Positions 43,358-52,755 of a DNA stretch of 64,000 nucleotides are shown here, one piece after another; within the stretch, counting starts at the first letter, position 1, and each line of letters opens with the position of its first letter. Both the position numbers and the translations under genes were made by a program. The stretch lies in assembly GCA_016929905.1 (NCBI GenBank), contig JAFGHX010000010.1, positions 5,835 through 69,834 of the forward strand, read 5' to 3'. Under the pieces are notes generated by a model that ran no database searches, was not told the DNA's origin, and saw only the letters and a program-made list of their open reading frames with translations. This DNA comes from Kiritimatiellia bacterium (GTDB lineage: Bacteria > Verrucomicrobiota > Kiritimatiellia > JAFGHX01).

Positions 43358-43491
43358 GATCTCTCCTTCTGGTTAGTGCATCTCAAAGCGCCCGGTACCG
43401 GCTTCCTTCCATAGCAGAATCACGCCGCACCGTCAAGCAACCCGATCCATTGCGAGCCGCAATCCCCGATCCGCAATCCGCCATTCGCATG

Positions 43492-44565
43492 CTACCCCTC
43501 ACTCGCCGGCGCACCCGTACCGTCCGCCCCTTCCTCGGGCCCGCTGAGTACGGTGACCTCCTGGACAGCGCTCGGCGAAATGTCGCGAATGATGTCCAGG
43601 AAACTCTTGCCGACAAGCCGCTTGGCTCGGCGTAGCAGCAGCGGGACCGGACTCGACGGCTCGTGCCGGTCATAGAAGCTGCAGATCCGGTCGAGCGTCT
43701 TGAGTACGTCCTGGATCGAATTGATCTCACCCGGTACGCCGGCCGCGGCCGCCGCCGGCGTGGCACCGGCCGCCGCATCGCCGGCCTCGCCATAGCCGCG
43801 CCGCTCCAACTGCGCCTTGACTTCCGTCTCCGCACGCTGCAGCGTGGCCACGAAGTCGTCCAGATTCGGCGCACGGCCCGCCCCAACCTTCTCGGTCAGA
43901 AACGCGTCGAGCCCCTTCACGTGCGCGACGCTCTCGCCCAACGCCTGGCCCACCGCCTGCAGCGCCTCCAGCGGCGTGTCCTCGAACGCCCCGTCGATCA
44001 TCGAGCGCGAGGGAGGGGATTCACCCCCTTCCGGCACCGCTAACTCGCCGGCCGCCGTCAGGATGTGGCGCAAACCGTACCGGCCAAGTTGGCGCGACTC
44101 GCAAAGCGGCGCGTCCAGCACGCGGTCCTTGAAGCGCATTGGGTCCTGGTACGCGTCCGGCGGCGGCGAAAGCGACGCAATGATGTTCATCCGCTCGAGC
44201 GGGTCGTTGTTGTCGTCGGGATCCAGCCGCGGATAGACCTGGTCCCAGTAGCGCTCCAGCACCCCATGAAGCAGGGCCAGCCCGTCACGCAGACCCGCAA
44301 CCCCGTCGAGGCAGACCTCGGCCAGCGTCAACAGCAGGATAACCCGCAGGTTCTTGCTCCGGCCCGTCAATTCCTCGCAACGAGCCGAAATCTCCTTCCA
44401 GTTCGGCTCTTCTCCCGGCTGAAACTGCGTCTCCGGCGTGCCCTGTGCCATCCGTTCCACTTCCATATAGCCGGCATCATAACTGATGTCTTCGCCGCAG
44501 GGCGCGTCCGCCGATATCTCCGCCAGTAACTGGTCAACGGCAATGGCCACGTCGGTTCCCCCCAA
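43492..44565 (-). CDS. tssA: T6SS protein TssA (ImpA N-terminal domain)
   Basis: LLAEISADAPCGEDISYDAGYMEVERMAQG is the ImpA_N signature. The track start is TTG 44565; a GTG at 44550 preceded by GGGGGGAA is an alternative. Confidence 0.85.
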   Translation of the reverse strand: MGGTDVAIAVDQLLAEISADAPCGEDISYDAGYMEVERMAQGTPETQFQPGEEPNWKEISARCEELTGRSKNLRVILLLTLAEVCLDGVAGLRDGLALLHGVLERYWDQVYPRLDPDDNNDPLERMNIIASLSPPPDAYQDPMRFKDRVLDAPLCESRQLGRYGLRHILTAAGELAVPEGGESPPSRSMIDGAFEDTPLEALQAVGQALGESVAHVKGLDAFLTEKVGAGRAPNLDDFVATLQRAETEVKAQLERRGYGEAGDAAAGATPAAAAAGVPGEINSIQDVLKTLDRICSFYDRHEPSSPVPLLLRRAKRLVGKSFLDIIRDISPSAVQEVTVLSGPEEGADGTGAPASEG

Positions 44566-44907
44566 AAAAACGCAGAGCGTACTCGTTCTTGTTCTATTCG
44601 GACGGTCTCCCCCCCCCTACCCCCCGGACAGCTATCCTATAGCCCGTTCAAAATAGGCCAATCCCCGCAGCAGCGCAATAAGAAAAAACGCCATCGTCTT
44701 CGATTTTCCCCGCATTCGGCGGGCCTCCCGGCACCCGGGCGCCAGGCGACACCGCCCCCGGATACCCCATACCGCACTCTCCCCTGTCTTGTCCGCCATC
44801 AGCCCCGAAAAGGCGAAAAGCCAGGCGCAGTTGAATGCCGCTCTGCCGACGACAGACTCGGCTCGAATTCCACCGAACCAGCTCGAGGCGCGCGGGCAAC
44901 CCAGTCC

Positions 44908-45297
44908 CCGAGGATCCGAGATCCGAGGGACGAGATCCGAGGGACAGGGAGATCCGAGGGACAGGCAGATCCGAGGGACAGGCACGTAGGCCCCGGCACG
45001 TAGGCCCCGAGGGACGAGCCCGAGGTCCGAGGGACAGGCCCCGAATAGGCCCCGGCGAAGGCCCAAAGGAGGCCCAAAGGGACAGGCACATGGCGCGCCG
45101 AGGGACGAGCCCGAGGTCCGAGGGACAGGCCCCGAATAGGCCCCGGCGAAGGCCCAAAGGGACAGGCACATGGCACGCAATATGGCGCGCACATGGCGCG
45201 GGGCGCGCCGGGGGGCGCCGGGGGACAGGGGCGCCGGGGGACAGGCACGTGGCGTAGGCACGTGGCGTACCGGGGCACGTGGCGTATCGTGGCATAC
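44908..45297. repeat. G-rich composite repeat array upstream of tssA (GATCCGAGGGAC units, an 80-91-bp duplication, GGCACGTGGCGTA units)
   Basis: (gatccgagggacRgg)x4 at 44912-44990. A 63-bp block ccgagggacgagcccgaggtccgagggacaggccccgaataggccccggcgaaggcccaaagg occurs at 45007-45069 and 45098-45160. The motif GGGACAGGCAC recurs. Confidence 0.85.
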
Positions 45298-45476
45298 CAG
45301 ACCTTGAGATTGACGGCTGCAGTGTTCGCGCCACCGCAGACGGGGCCGCTTTGCCCGAGCCCATCCCGCCAAGCAGCCGACTCGGGGCGGCCGGCCAGGA
45401 GTCTCCGGGTCCCCAGGCGGGGCTCCAGGCCTGTCCCTCCCCGTCCTCCCTCCCCGTCCCAGGCGAAAGCCATAGA

Positions 45477-46298
45477 CTACCGGCTTGGCCCGGCGCCCAC
45501 AGCGCGCGCCCGGCGCCGCATCTCCGACGGAGCCAGCCCGTAGCGCTTCCGAATGCTCTTGTTGAAGATCTGCGCGTCGCGGAACCCGCACTGACGCGCA
45601 ACCGACTTGATGGGAATCGTCGTCTGGGACAACAGATGGCCCGCCTTCTCCAAACGCCTGTCCATGATGTATCGCTTCAGTGGCTTGCCGACCGCCACTC
45701 TGAAAAGCCGATTCAAATGGGTCGCACTGTAGCCGACCTCCCCGGCCAGATCGCCCGCACGAAGGGATTCCGCAAAATTGCGCTGCTCCACCCATTCCAT
45801 CACTTTCCGGACCGCCGGGTTCAGCCGCGGGTCCGTGCCGCGCGTCACGCTGAAGCTGTCGGCTAACTCCCACAGCAGATCCCACAGCAGGATCTCCGCT
45901 CGCAGACGATTCCGCGCGTGCATGCGAAGTATCCTCTCGGTTGCCGCACACACCTCTTCATATCGGCTGCCCCAGTCAAACATTACCGGCAGCTCAACCC
46001 GAACACCGTCCGAAGCCGCAGGTTCCATCAGGAAGTGAGCGTAGAAGTGCGAACAGTCGCGTGTCGGAAAGTGATATTCGGTGAAGACGCCCGGCGAATT
46101 GATCCCCATGTGGCCCAGACGGAGGGGAAACGATTCGCCGTCCACCACAATCCTCCCCTCATACCTGTACAAGTGAATCGTCCAGGCGTAAATCCGCCAC
46201 CATTGAACGGGCAGATAGCCGTGGGTCCCCATGCTGATCTGCGTGATCCGCGGTCGACTCCCCAGCGCCATGCTCCAGCACTTGCGCTGCCAGTTCAT
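45477..46298 (-). CDS. AraC-family transcriptional regulator
   Basis: C-terminal dual HTH: LAGEVGYSATHLNRLFRVAVGKPLKRYIMDRRLEKAGHLLSQTTIPIKSVARQCGFRDAQIFNKSIRKRYGLAPSEMRR; cupin-like N-terminus. ATG at 46298; the track TTG is at 46304. Confidence 0.85.
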   Translation of the reverse strand: MNWQRKCWSMALGSRPRITQISMGTHGYLPVQWWRIYAWTIHLYRYEGRIVVDGESFPLRLGHMGINSPGVFTEYHFPTRDCSHFYAHFLMEPAASDGVRVELPVMFDWGSRYEEVCAATERILRMHARNRLRAEILLWDLLWELADSFSVTRGTDPRLNPAVRKVMEWVEQRNFAESLRAGDLAGEVGYSATHLNRLFRVAVGKPLKRYIMDRRLEKAGHLLSQTTIPIKSVARQCGFRDAQIFNKSIRKRYGLAPSEMRRRARAVGAGPSR

Positions 46299-46404
46299 GC
46301 ACAAAAACTACCACTCATGTTCGGTTATATCAATTGCATTCCGAGTTGTGGATCAATATTGTAGGGTCAATAACGACCATGCCGTCAAGATAGGAGGCCC
46401 GCAC

Positions 46405-47493
46405 ATGGAAAGCCGATCCTGGAAGGCGCTCCCCCGGCAGGAGGTGATTCGCGCGGTTGAAAGAACGGGTCCAAGCCGCATTCCGCTTGTGCAGGCCAAG
46501 TGGTGGGGCGAAGGTTTGCGTGAACAGTACGGGGACCGCTTGAAGGCCTTCCGTCGTTTTCCGGAAGACGCGGCCCTCTTACTCATCGAGCCGTTGAATA
46601 CCGGGCAGATGGGACTGTCCTGGAAGACGGCAGCGGCCGGCGCTCATGACAGCAAGTGCGTGATCGACGACTGGAGGCGGCTGGACGAATTCATCGCCAA
46701 AATGCCGGACCCGGACAAGGACCCGGTGTTCGAGGAGCTGGCGCAGAGAGCCGCACGGGCCCGGGCGGACGACCGCTACCTGCTTTTCGGCTGGTGGCGG
46801 CTGTTCTTCGAGAGGCCATGGGGGCTGCGCGGCATGCAGAACCTGATGATCGACTACTACGAAGCGCCGGAGCAGGTGCGCCGGCTACATGCGGCCCTGT
46901 GCGATCTCTATGCGGGCTATATCCGCCGCGCGGTTCGGGAATTGAAGCCCGACGGGTTCTGGACCAGCGACGATCTGGGCCATCAGACAGCCCCCATGAT
47001 GAGCCCGGCGATCTTCGACGAACTCATCAAACCGTACTACGTGCAAGTCGGCAAAGTCCTGAAGCAAACCGGGCTGCACTGGTGGCTGCACAGTTGCGGC
47101 GACAATACGCCGCTGCTCCCCGCCCTGATCGAGGCCGGCGTCAACGTCTTTCACCCGGTGCAGAAACACACGATGGACGAGAAGGTCGTCGCATCCGAAT
47201 TCGGCGATCGGATCACGTTCCTGGCGGGCATCGACGTGCAGCATGCTTTGCGCGAAAAATCGCCCGGCGGCGTCCGAGAGGAAGTGCGCCTGCTGATCGA
47301 CACATTCGACAGGCCAGACGGCGGACTGTGCATCGCCGCCGGAAACGGCATTGTGGCCGGCACCCCCTTCGAGAACATCGAAGCCTTCCTCGACGAGGCA
47401 CTGCGCTACGGAGAGCAACACCGGGCCCGCTGGCAGGCATCCCGCGTTGCCGGTGTAAGCGCGCCGTACGCTGCTGCAACTCACGGGGGATAG
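46405..47493 (+). CDS. Uroporphyrinogen decarboxylase (URO-D) family protein
   Basis: ATG 46405 with AGGAGG 7 nt upstream. URO-D-like pattern ..DDLGHQTAPMMSPAIFDELIKPYY...HSCGDNTPLLPALIEAGVNVFHPVQ. Divergent from the AraC gene. Family call by eye. Confidence 0.65.
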   Translation: MESRSWKALPRQEVIRAVERTGPSRIPLVQAKWWGEGLREQYGDRLKAFRRFPEDAALLLIEPLNTGQMGLSWKTAAAGAHDSKCVIDDWRRLDEFIAKMPDPDKDPVFEELAQRAARARADDRYLLFGWWRLFFERPWGLRGMQNLMIDYYEAPEQVRRLHAALCDLYAGYIRRAVRELKPDGFWTSDDLGHQTAPMMSPAIFDELIKPYYVQVGKVLKQTGLHWWLHSCGDNTPLLPALIEAGVNVFHPVQKHTMDEKVVASEFGDRITFLAGIDVQHALREKSPGGVREEVRLLIDTFDRPDGGLCIAAGNGIVAGTPFENIEAFLDEALRYGEQHRARWQASRVAGVSAPYAAATHGG

Positions 47494-47514
47494 GCATCTT
47501 GCTCGCGGATCTGC

Positions 47515-48468
47515 TCAGACAGAGGTACGGCGTGAAGCCTTGCAGGCGTAGAGCTCGGCTGGATTGCCGTCCTCATCCATTGCCGGAACAAGCGCACGAG
47601 CCGGAAACCCGGGCGGGCTGTGTGCACGCGCAACCGTTGTCCTCACGAACTCGGCCGAGCCGATGACCAAGCCAGTCACCCAATAGGGCACGCGTTCTGC
47701 GTCCTGCATCCAGAAAACCGCCGCCCCACCCCCCTCCTCGATGGCCAGTTCCACGGAACGCGGGGTCTTGCGCCCTTCCAACTCGGCGATGCGGTCGAAC
47801 TCTCGCTGCAGCCTGTGGCGGATGTCTTGCAGGTTACGCACGCCCAAGAGATCCCCAAGCGACGCCACCAAGTGACCCTCCACGTCGGCCCCGAATGGAT
47901 GCCTCCCACGACGTTGCCAGCAGCCGAGCGTGCAGAACGGATACTCGCTCGGATCGCGCGCCAAGCCGGCACGTACGGAGTTCATCTCCACGTACCGCCA
48001 GCAGCGCCAGACGGCCAGACCGTCCTCCAGCACGACATTGCTGAACCGCCCTGCCCAGAAACTGCCGCGCCGCGGCAGTGGTCGTGTGCGGTTGAACCAC
48101 TTCGAAAACTGCTCCTCCAGGTCCTTCATGAAATAGCTGATATCCCGCAGCCGTTCCGCGATTTGCCTGCAGCGGGGGGTACCCGGCTTCAGCGTGCGTT
48201 CGCCGTGATAGTACGCCTCATAACGCCTGCAAGTCTCCTGATCCGACGGCGGTTCGGAGGGCGTCCGAAGCACTAAATGGAAGTGGTTTGAGACGACTTG
48301 AACGGCAACCACATCCACGACATAGTAGGCGGCGAGTCTGCGCACCAACGTCCAGAAGTGTTGTTTCTCGGCCTCGCCCAGAGGGAAATACCGACAGTCG
48401 CCGGCCACCCGATTGTAGCTGTGGTGATAAGTGTCCTGATAGTCCGGCTTGATCCTCGCGTGTCGCAT
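47515..48468 (-). CDS. IS200-like Y1 (HUH) transposase, long REP-associated tyrosine transposase (RAYT)-like form
   Basis: YHHSYNRV...VVSNHFHLVLRT (HUH motif) and YVEMNSVRAGLARDPSEYPF (catalytic Tyr helix); 317 aa. Confidence 0.8.
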   Translation of the reverse strand: MRHARIKPDYQDTYHHSYNRVAGDCRYFPLGEAEKQHFWTLVRRLAAYYVVDVVAVQVVSNHFHLVLRTPSEPPSDQETCRRYEAYYHGERTLKPGTPRCRQIAERLRDISYFMKDLEEQFSKWFNRTRPLPRRGSFWAGRFSNVVLEDGLAVWRCWRYVEMNSVRAGLARDPSEYPFCTLGCWQRRGRHPFGADVEGHLVASLGDLLGVRNLQDIRHRLQREFDRIAELEGRKTPRSVELAIEEGGGAAVFWMQDAERVPYWVTGLVIGSAEFVRTTVARAHSPPGFPARALVPAMDEDGNPAELYACKASRRTSV

Positions 48469-48904
48469 CCGTACGCCTCCTTGCTGTCTTTGTGCGAGTT
48501 CTTGACGATTTCGTGCGCTGTGCGAGTGACCCCTCTATATACATGAAGAAACGAGCAAGGCTGTTTGCCGAAAAAAAGTGGGTCAAAGACGAAAAAAGTT
48601 GCAGATCGGGCGACCCCCCCGGCGCACCGGGCGGCATCGGGAATCACCGGTTGAGACTCTGCGCTGTCCGTTGCCTGTTGTGGAACCGCTCTGCGAGCGG
48701 TCCGGCCGATCCGCGCCAAGGCGCGGCAATCGCAGATTTGTCCGTCCCGCCGCTGCGGCGGGGGGAGCGAGCAAGCCGTTGCCGCTGACCTGTCGCGCCA
48801 TAGTCCTGGGCGCGGGCGCCCCGGGACGACGGCGGAAGCCAGACACGCGAAGTCGGGTTCTCGAGCAAATTTCAGGATAGCCGGTAGCGAGGTAGCGAGG
48901 TTAG

Positions 48905-49575
48905 ACGGGCCCAGGGCGAGCCCGGGGGAGGCCCGGGGGAGGCCCGGGGGACAGGCACGGCGGGCCGGCACGGCGGGCCAGGCACGGCGGGCCAGGCTCG
49001 ACGGGCCAGTCGGGGAAGCCGGAAGCCGGGGACAGGCACCCAGGCCGCCCCCAGGCCCCGCGGGGACAGGCACGCACGGCGGCACGCACGGCCGCGGGGA
49101 CAGGCACGCACGGCCCCCGGGGACGGGCACGCACGGCCCCCGGGGACGGGCCGGAAGCCGGGGACAGGCACCCAGGCCGCCCCCAGGCCCCGCGGGGACA
49201 GGCACGCACGGCCGCGGGGACAGGCACGCACAGGCGGCGGGGACAGGCACGCACGGCCCCCGGGGACGGGCACGCACGGCCCCCGGGGACGGGCACGCAC
49301 GGCCAGTCGGGGAAGCCGGAAGCCGGAGGGAAGCCGGGGACAGGCACCCAGGCCGCCCCCAGGCCCCGCGGGGACAGGCACGCACGGCCGCGGGGACAGG
49401 CACGCACGGCCCCCGGGGACGGGCACGCACGGCCCCCGGGGACGGGCACGCACGGCCACCGGGGACGGGCACGCACGGCCACCCGGGGACAGGCACGCAG
49501 GGCTACGGGGACAGGCATGCCCAGGAGGCGCCGGGGACGGGCACCCAGGTATGCCCACACATGCCCAGGCATGGG
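48905..49575. repeat. G-rich array of about 670 bp built from about 20-nt units GGGGAC(A/G)GGCACGCACGGCC(CCC) in three higher-order copies
   Basis: The block CCGGAAGCCGGGGACAGGCACCCAGGCCGCCCCCAGGCCCCGCGGGGACAGGCACGCACGGC occurs starting near 49019, 49151 and about 49320. No unique spacers. Lies between the RAYT start and the ABC permease stop. Confidence 0.9.
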
Positions 49576-49616
49576 ATCAGGCCCCAGCCTGCCGGGGCCG
49601 GTGTTCATGCGCGGTT

Positions 49617-50825
49617 TCACTCATTTCTGAGGGCATCGGAGGGCGAGATGCGGGTCGCGGACTTGGCGGGCCAGTAGGAGAACGCGATACCGAGCCCGAC
49701 GGCGGCGAGGAGGGGGACGAACAGAGAGACGATTCCGAGCCGGATCGGGACAGGGAACATGGGCCGGCCGAGCAGGAGCAGGGCATGCGTGACGCCGGTT
49801 CCGGCGAGTGCGCCGGCGGCAGTGACGAAACAGGCCTCGAGCACGAACAGGACGGCGATGTCGCGGGTGGTGGCGCCGAGCGCGCGGCGCAGTCCGATTT
49901 CCGCGACGCGCTCGCGCACGTTGCTGACCATGAGGCTCATGAGCGTGGTGCCGCCGAGTACCAGGCACAGGACGGCAATGCTGCCCAAGCTGAGCTTGAG
50001 CGTGTTCTGCAACCGCTTGATCCGCAGCAGCAGCGATTCCGGCGTCACCCAGGACAGGCCGGGCAATTCCGCGCCGGGCTGCGCGAGCAGGCGGCGCGCG
50101 ATCCGGAGCGCATCGTCGAAGCGGTCCGCCTCGGGCACGCGCACGAAAACGGCGTCGAGCCGCTCATCGCGCAGGCCGTAGCTGAGCCAATAGGCGGGCG
50201 TCCGGCGCGGGACGAAGACGACGCGTTCGCCGAGTACCGGCCCGGCGCCGGCGGCGGCCTCTTCCAGCATACCGCCACCGCCCTGAACGACGCCGACGAC
50301 GGTGTACGGCGCATTGCGCAGCGCAATCACATCGCCCGTCTTCCAGCCCCATAACCGGCTGAGCGTGGCGCTGATTGCGGCGTGCCGCGCGTGGTGCCGG
50401 CCGTCCTCCGCGTCGAGGAACCGGCCGCTTTCCATGCGCCAGCCGCGCACGCGGAACAGGGTGTAATCGGTCGCGACCACCTTGACCCCCTTGCGTATGC
50501 CGGGCACAGGCACGTCGTAGGTGCGAATCCCGGCGATCGAGCAATGGGGCAGCCCGGCCTCGATCCGGTCCACATGCTCCTGGCAGAGCCGGTCGGACTC
50601 GGCGAACCCTTCGCCGGCCTGAGCCTGAACGATTCCGAAGACGTTGACGCCAAGTTCCTGCACGATGCGGCGGGCCCGCTCCTGCAGTCCGCCCAGCACG
50701 GCGAGCAGCACGGTCAGGGCGGTGATGCCGACGGCGATGGCGAGTAGCGACAGCCCGACCCGCCCGGGCTGGGTGCGCACGCCGTCCCACAGGTCGCAGA
50801 GCAGGGATGAGGTCCGTGCGTTCAC
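49617..50825 (-). CDS. ABC transporter permease, MacB/FtsX family
   Basis: N-terminal TM, large periplasmic domain, C-terminal FtsX-type 3-TM bundle. GTG 50825 overlaps the ATPase stop (GTGA); the track ORF extends to 50858. Confidence 0.9.
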   Translation of the reverse strand: MNARTSSLLCDLWDGVRTQPGRVGLSLLAIAVGITALTVLLAVLGGLQERARRIVQELGVNVFGIVQAQAGEGFAESDRLCQEHVDRIEAGLPHCSIAGIRTYDVPVPGIRKGVKVVATDYTLFRVRGWRMESGRFLDAEDGRHHARHAAISATLSRLWGWKTGDVIALRNAPYTVVGVVQGGGGMLEEAAAGAGPVLGERVVFVPRRTPAYWLSYGLRDERLDAVFVRVPEADRFDDALRIARRLLAQPGAELPGLSWVTPESLLLRIKRLQNTLKLSLGSIAVLCLVLGGTTLMSLMVSNVRERVAEIGLRRALGATTRDIAVLFVLEACFVTAAGALAGTGVTHALLLLGRPMFPVPIRLGIVSLFVPLLAAVGLGIAFSYWPAKSATRISPSDALRNE

Positions 50826-51544
50826 GCCGCCTGTTCCTCCAGCCGTCCGTCGCGGCACACGAACCGGCGCGCGCAGTAGGCAAGCAGGCTTTCGTTGTGC
50901 GTGGCCAGAATGACGCTGATCCCGTCTTCGTTCAGCCCCCGAAAGGTCTCCATGACCGTGTGGGCCGAGTCGCGGTCCAGGTTCCCGGTCGGTTCATCGG
51001 CGAGCAGCAGCTTCGGGCGCAGCGCGACGGCGCGCGCGATCGCCACGCGCTGCATTTCGCCGCCCGAGAGCAGGCGGGCGGGCTGCTCGCGCAGGTGGCC
51101 GAGTCCGAGCGCCGCGAGCGTGCGGTCGGCCGCATCGAGCGCCGCACCCCGCTCGATATCGACGTAGCGGAACCGGAACGCGACGTTTTCGCGCACCGAC
51201 CGGTGCGGCAGCAGGTGGAAGTTCTGGAAGACCATGCCGACGCAGTTCTTTCGGATGGCGCTGAGCGCGGCTTCGTCCAGCGCGGAGACGTCGCGCCCCT
51301 CAATCAACACGCGGCCCGCGCTCGGCTGGTCGAGCAGGCCGGCGAGATTCAGGAAGGTGGACTTGCCGGACCCGCTCGGGCCGGTCACGGCCACGAACTC
51401 GCCGGGCCGCAGCGCGAATGCCACGTCGCGCAGAACCTGCACACTTCCGCGCGGAGTCGGGAACGCCTTCCCGACCCCGTGCATTTCCAGAACCGTTGCG
51501 GAATCCGTCATCTCTTCCCCAGACATGCCACGGGGCCTGTTCAC
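50822..51544 (-). CDS. ABC transporter ATP-binding protein (MacB/LolD type)
   Basis: Walker A GPSGSGKST, signature LSGGEMQR, Walker B LLLADEPT. The GTG start overlaps the adaptor stop. Confidence 0.95.
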   Translation of the reverse strand: MNRPRGMSGEEMTDSATVLEMHGVGKAFPTPRGSVQVLRDVAFALRPGEFVAVTGPSGSGKSTFLNLAGLLDQPSAGRVLIEGRDVSALDEAALSAIRKNCVGMVFQNFHLLPHRSVRENVAFRFRYVDIERGAALDAADRTLAALGLGHLREQPARLLSGGEMQRVAIARAVALRPKLLLADEPTGNLDRDSAHTVMETFRGLNEDGISVILATHNESLLAYCARRFVCRDGRLEEQAA

Positions 51545-52755
51545 GGGGTCAGCAACACATCGCCCGGCTGGAGGCCGGCGAGCACTTCATAGTGCAGCGG
51601 GTTACCCTGCCCCAGCGTCAGCGCGCGGGTTTCGGCGCCGAACAGGCGACGCACGCGGCAATGGGGTTTGCCGTCCTGCCACCAGACCGCGGCGCGGGGC
51701 ACGAGCACGGCAGCCGGGTTCTCGTAGGAAAGGATCCGGCATTGGACGGACATGCCCGGCCGCAGCCGCGCGTCGACAAGGGAGACCCCGATCACGACGC
51801 GAAAATACTTCTGCCACCCCGGCCGTCCGGGCATGGCCTGCGCCATGGAGCCGACCGTCTCGACCTTCCCCTCGAGCCGGAGGTCGGGATAGGCGACAGG
51901 CACGATGACGGCCCGGAGCCCTTCCTTCACGAGCGCGAGGTCGGCCTCGGGCACATAGCATTCGGCGACGACGTCGTTCATATCGGGAAGCGCCATGAAC
52001 GGCTGGTTCTTGTAGAGGGTGTCGCCGACCCGCACATTGCGGTATTCCGCGCCCATATGCAGGGGCCGATACACGACAATGCCGGCGGCCGGCGCGCGCA
52101 CGGTGCAGCTGGCCAGCTGCTGGCGGGCGAGCGCGGCGGCCTGCTCCGCGGCCGCGAGCGTCGCCGTCGCCCGCTCGACCTTGGAAGGGTGCAGGTAGGT
52201 CTTGGTCAACTCAAGCTGCGTTTCGAGCTTCGCCAGTTTGGCGCGCATCTGCTCCAGGCGCAACTTCTGCTTACGGATCTCCTGCTCGGAGACGAGGTCC
52301 TCCTTCATCAGTTCGATGCTGTCCTCGTGGTACTGTTTCTCGGCCTCAAACGCGTCGTGTGCCTCGAGCAGCTGCAGGTCCAGCTCGCGCAGTTCCAGCG
52401 GCAATTCGGCCTGGCGCAGGCTCTCCAGCGCCGATTTGGCGAGCGCGTAGTCCCGTTCCAGTTTCACCAGGTCGCGTTCCACCTGCGAGCCGTCGAACCG
52501 CACGAGCAGGTCGCCCTCCGCCACCTGCTGGCCCTCGGCGGCGAGTTCGACGATCGTCGCCCCCCCGCTGAACTCCGACATGACGACTTCGACGCGACGC
52601 GCGTCGAGCTGGCCCTCATTGACCGACCAGACGAAGAGCGGGCCGTGGCGCACGGCGACGCCCTCCTCGCGCGCGCGCAGCGAGCGGACGCCGGCGAACA
52701 GGGCGAGCAACGGCACCGCCAGCACACAGGCGGCAATGACGGCTTTCTTCTTCAT
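51541..52755 (-). CDS. Periplasmic adaptor subunit (HlyD/MacA family)
   Basis: N-terminal anchor, long coiled-coil hairpin (LERDYALAKSALESLRQAEL...), beta-barrel C-terminus. ATGA overlap with the TolC-like gene. Confidence 0.85.
   Translation of the reverse strand: MKKKAVIAACVLAVPLLALFAGVRSLRAREEGVAVRHGPLFVWSVNEGQLDARRVEVVMSEFSGGATIVELAAEGQQVAEGDLLVRFDGSQVERDLVKLERDYALAKSALESLRQAELPLELRELDLQLLEAHDAFEAEKQYHEDSIELMKEDLVSEQEIRKQKLRLEQMRAKLAKLETQLELTKTYLHPSKVERATATLAAAEQAAALARQQLASCTVRAPAAGIVVYRPLHMGAEYRNVRVGDTLYKNQPFMALPDMNDVVAECYVPEADLALVKEGLRAVIVPVAYPDLRLEGKVETVGSMAQAMPGRPGWQKYFRVVIGVSLVDARLRPGMSVQCRILSYENPAAVLVPRAAVWWQDGKPHCRVRRLFGAETRALTLGQGNPLHYEVLAGLQPGDVLLTP

Noticed and set aside
44566-45476. 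Sigma54 promoter (TGGCAC-N5-TTGCW on the minus strand) upstream of tssA.
   Set aside because: I scanned the + strand for WGCAA-N5-GTGCCA and found no match. No promoter is claimed for the tssA operon.
48905-49575. Possible CRISPR array (also considered for 22574-22744).
   Set aside because: The units are contiguous with no unique 25-40-nt spacers between them, the repeats are degenerate and nested in higher-order duplications, and there are no cas genes in the window.
48273-49620. Several 230-400-aa ORFs rich in PVPGGRACP repeats (and 44632-45951 on the other array).
   Set aside because: These are translations of the G-rich tandem arrays. The same DNA is open in several frames and both strands, and no protein-like composition is present.
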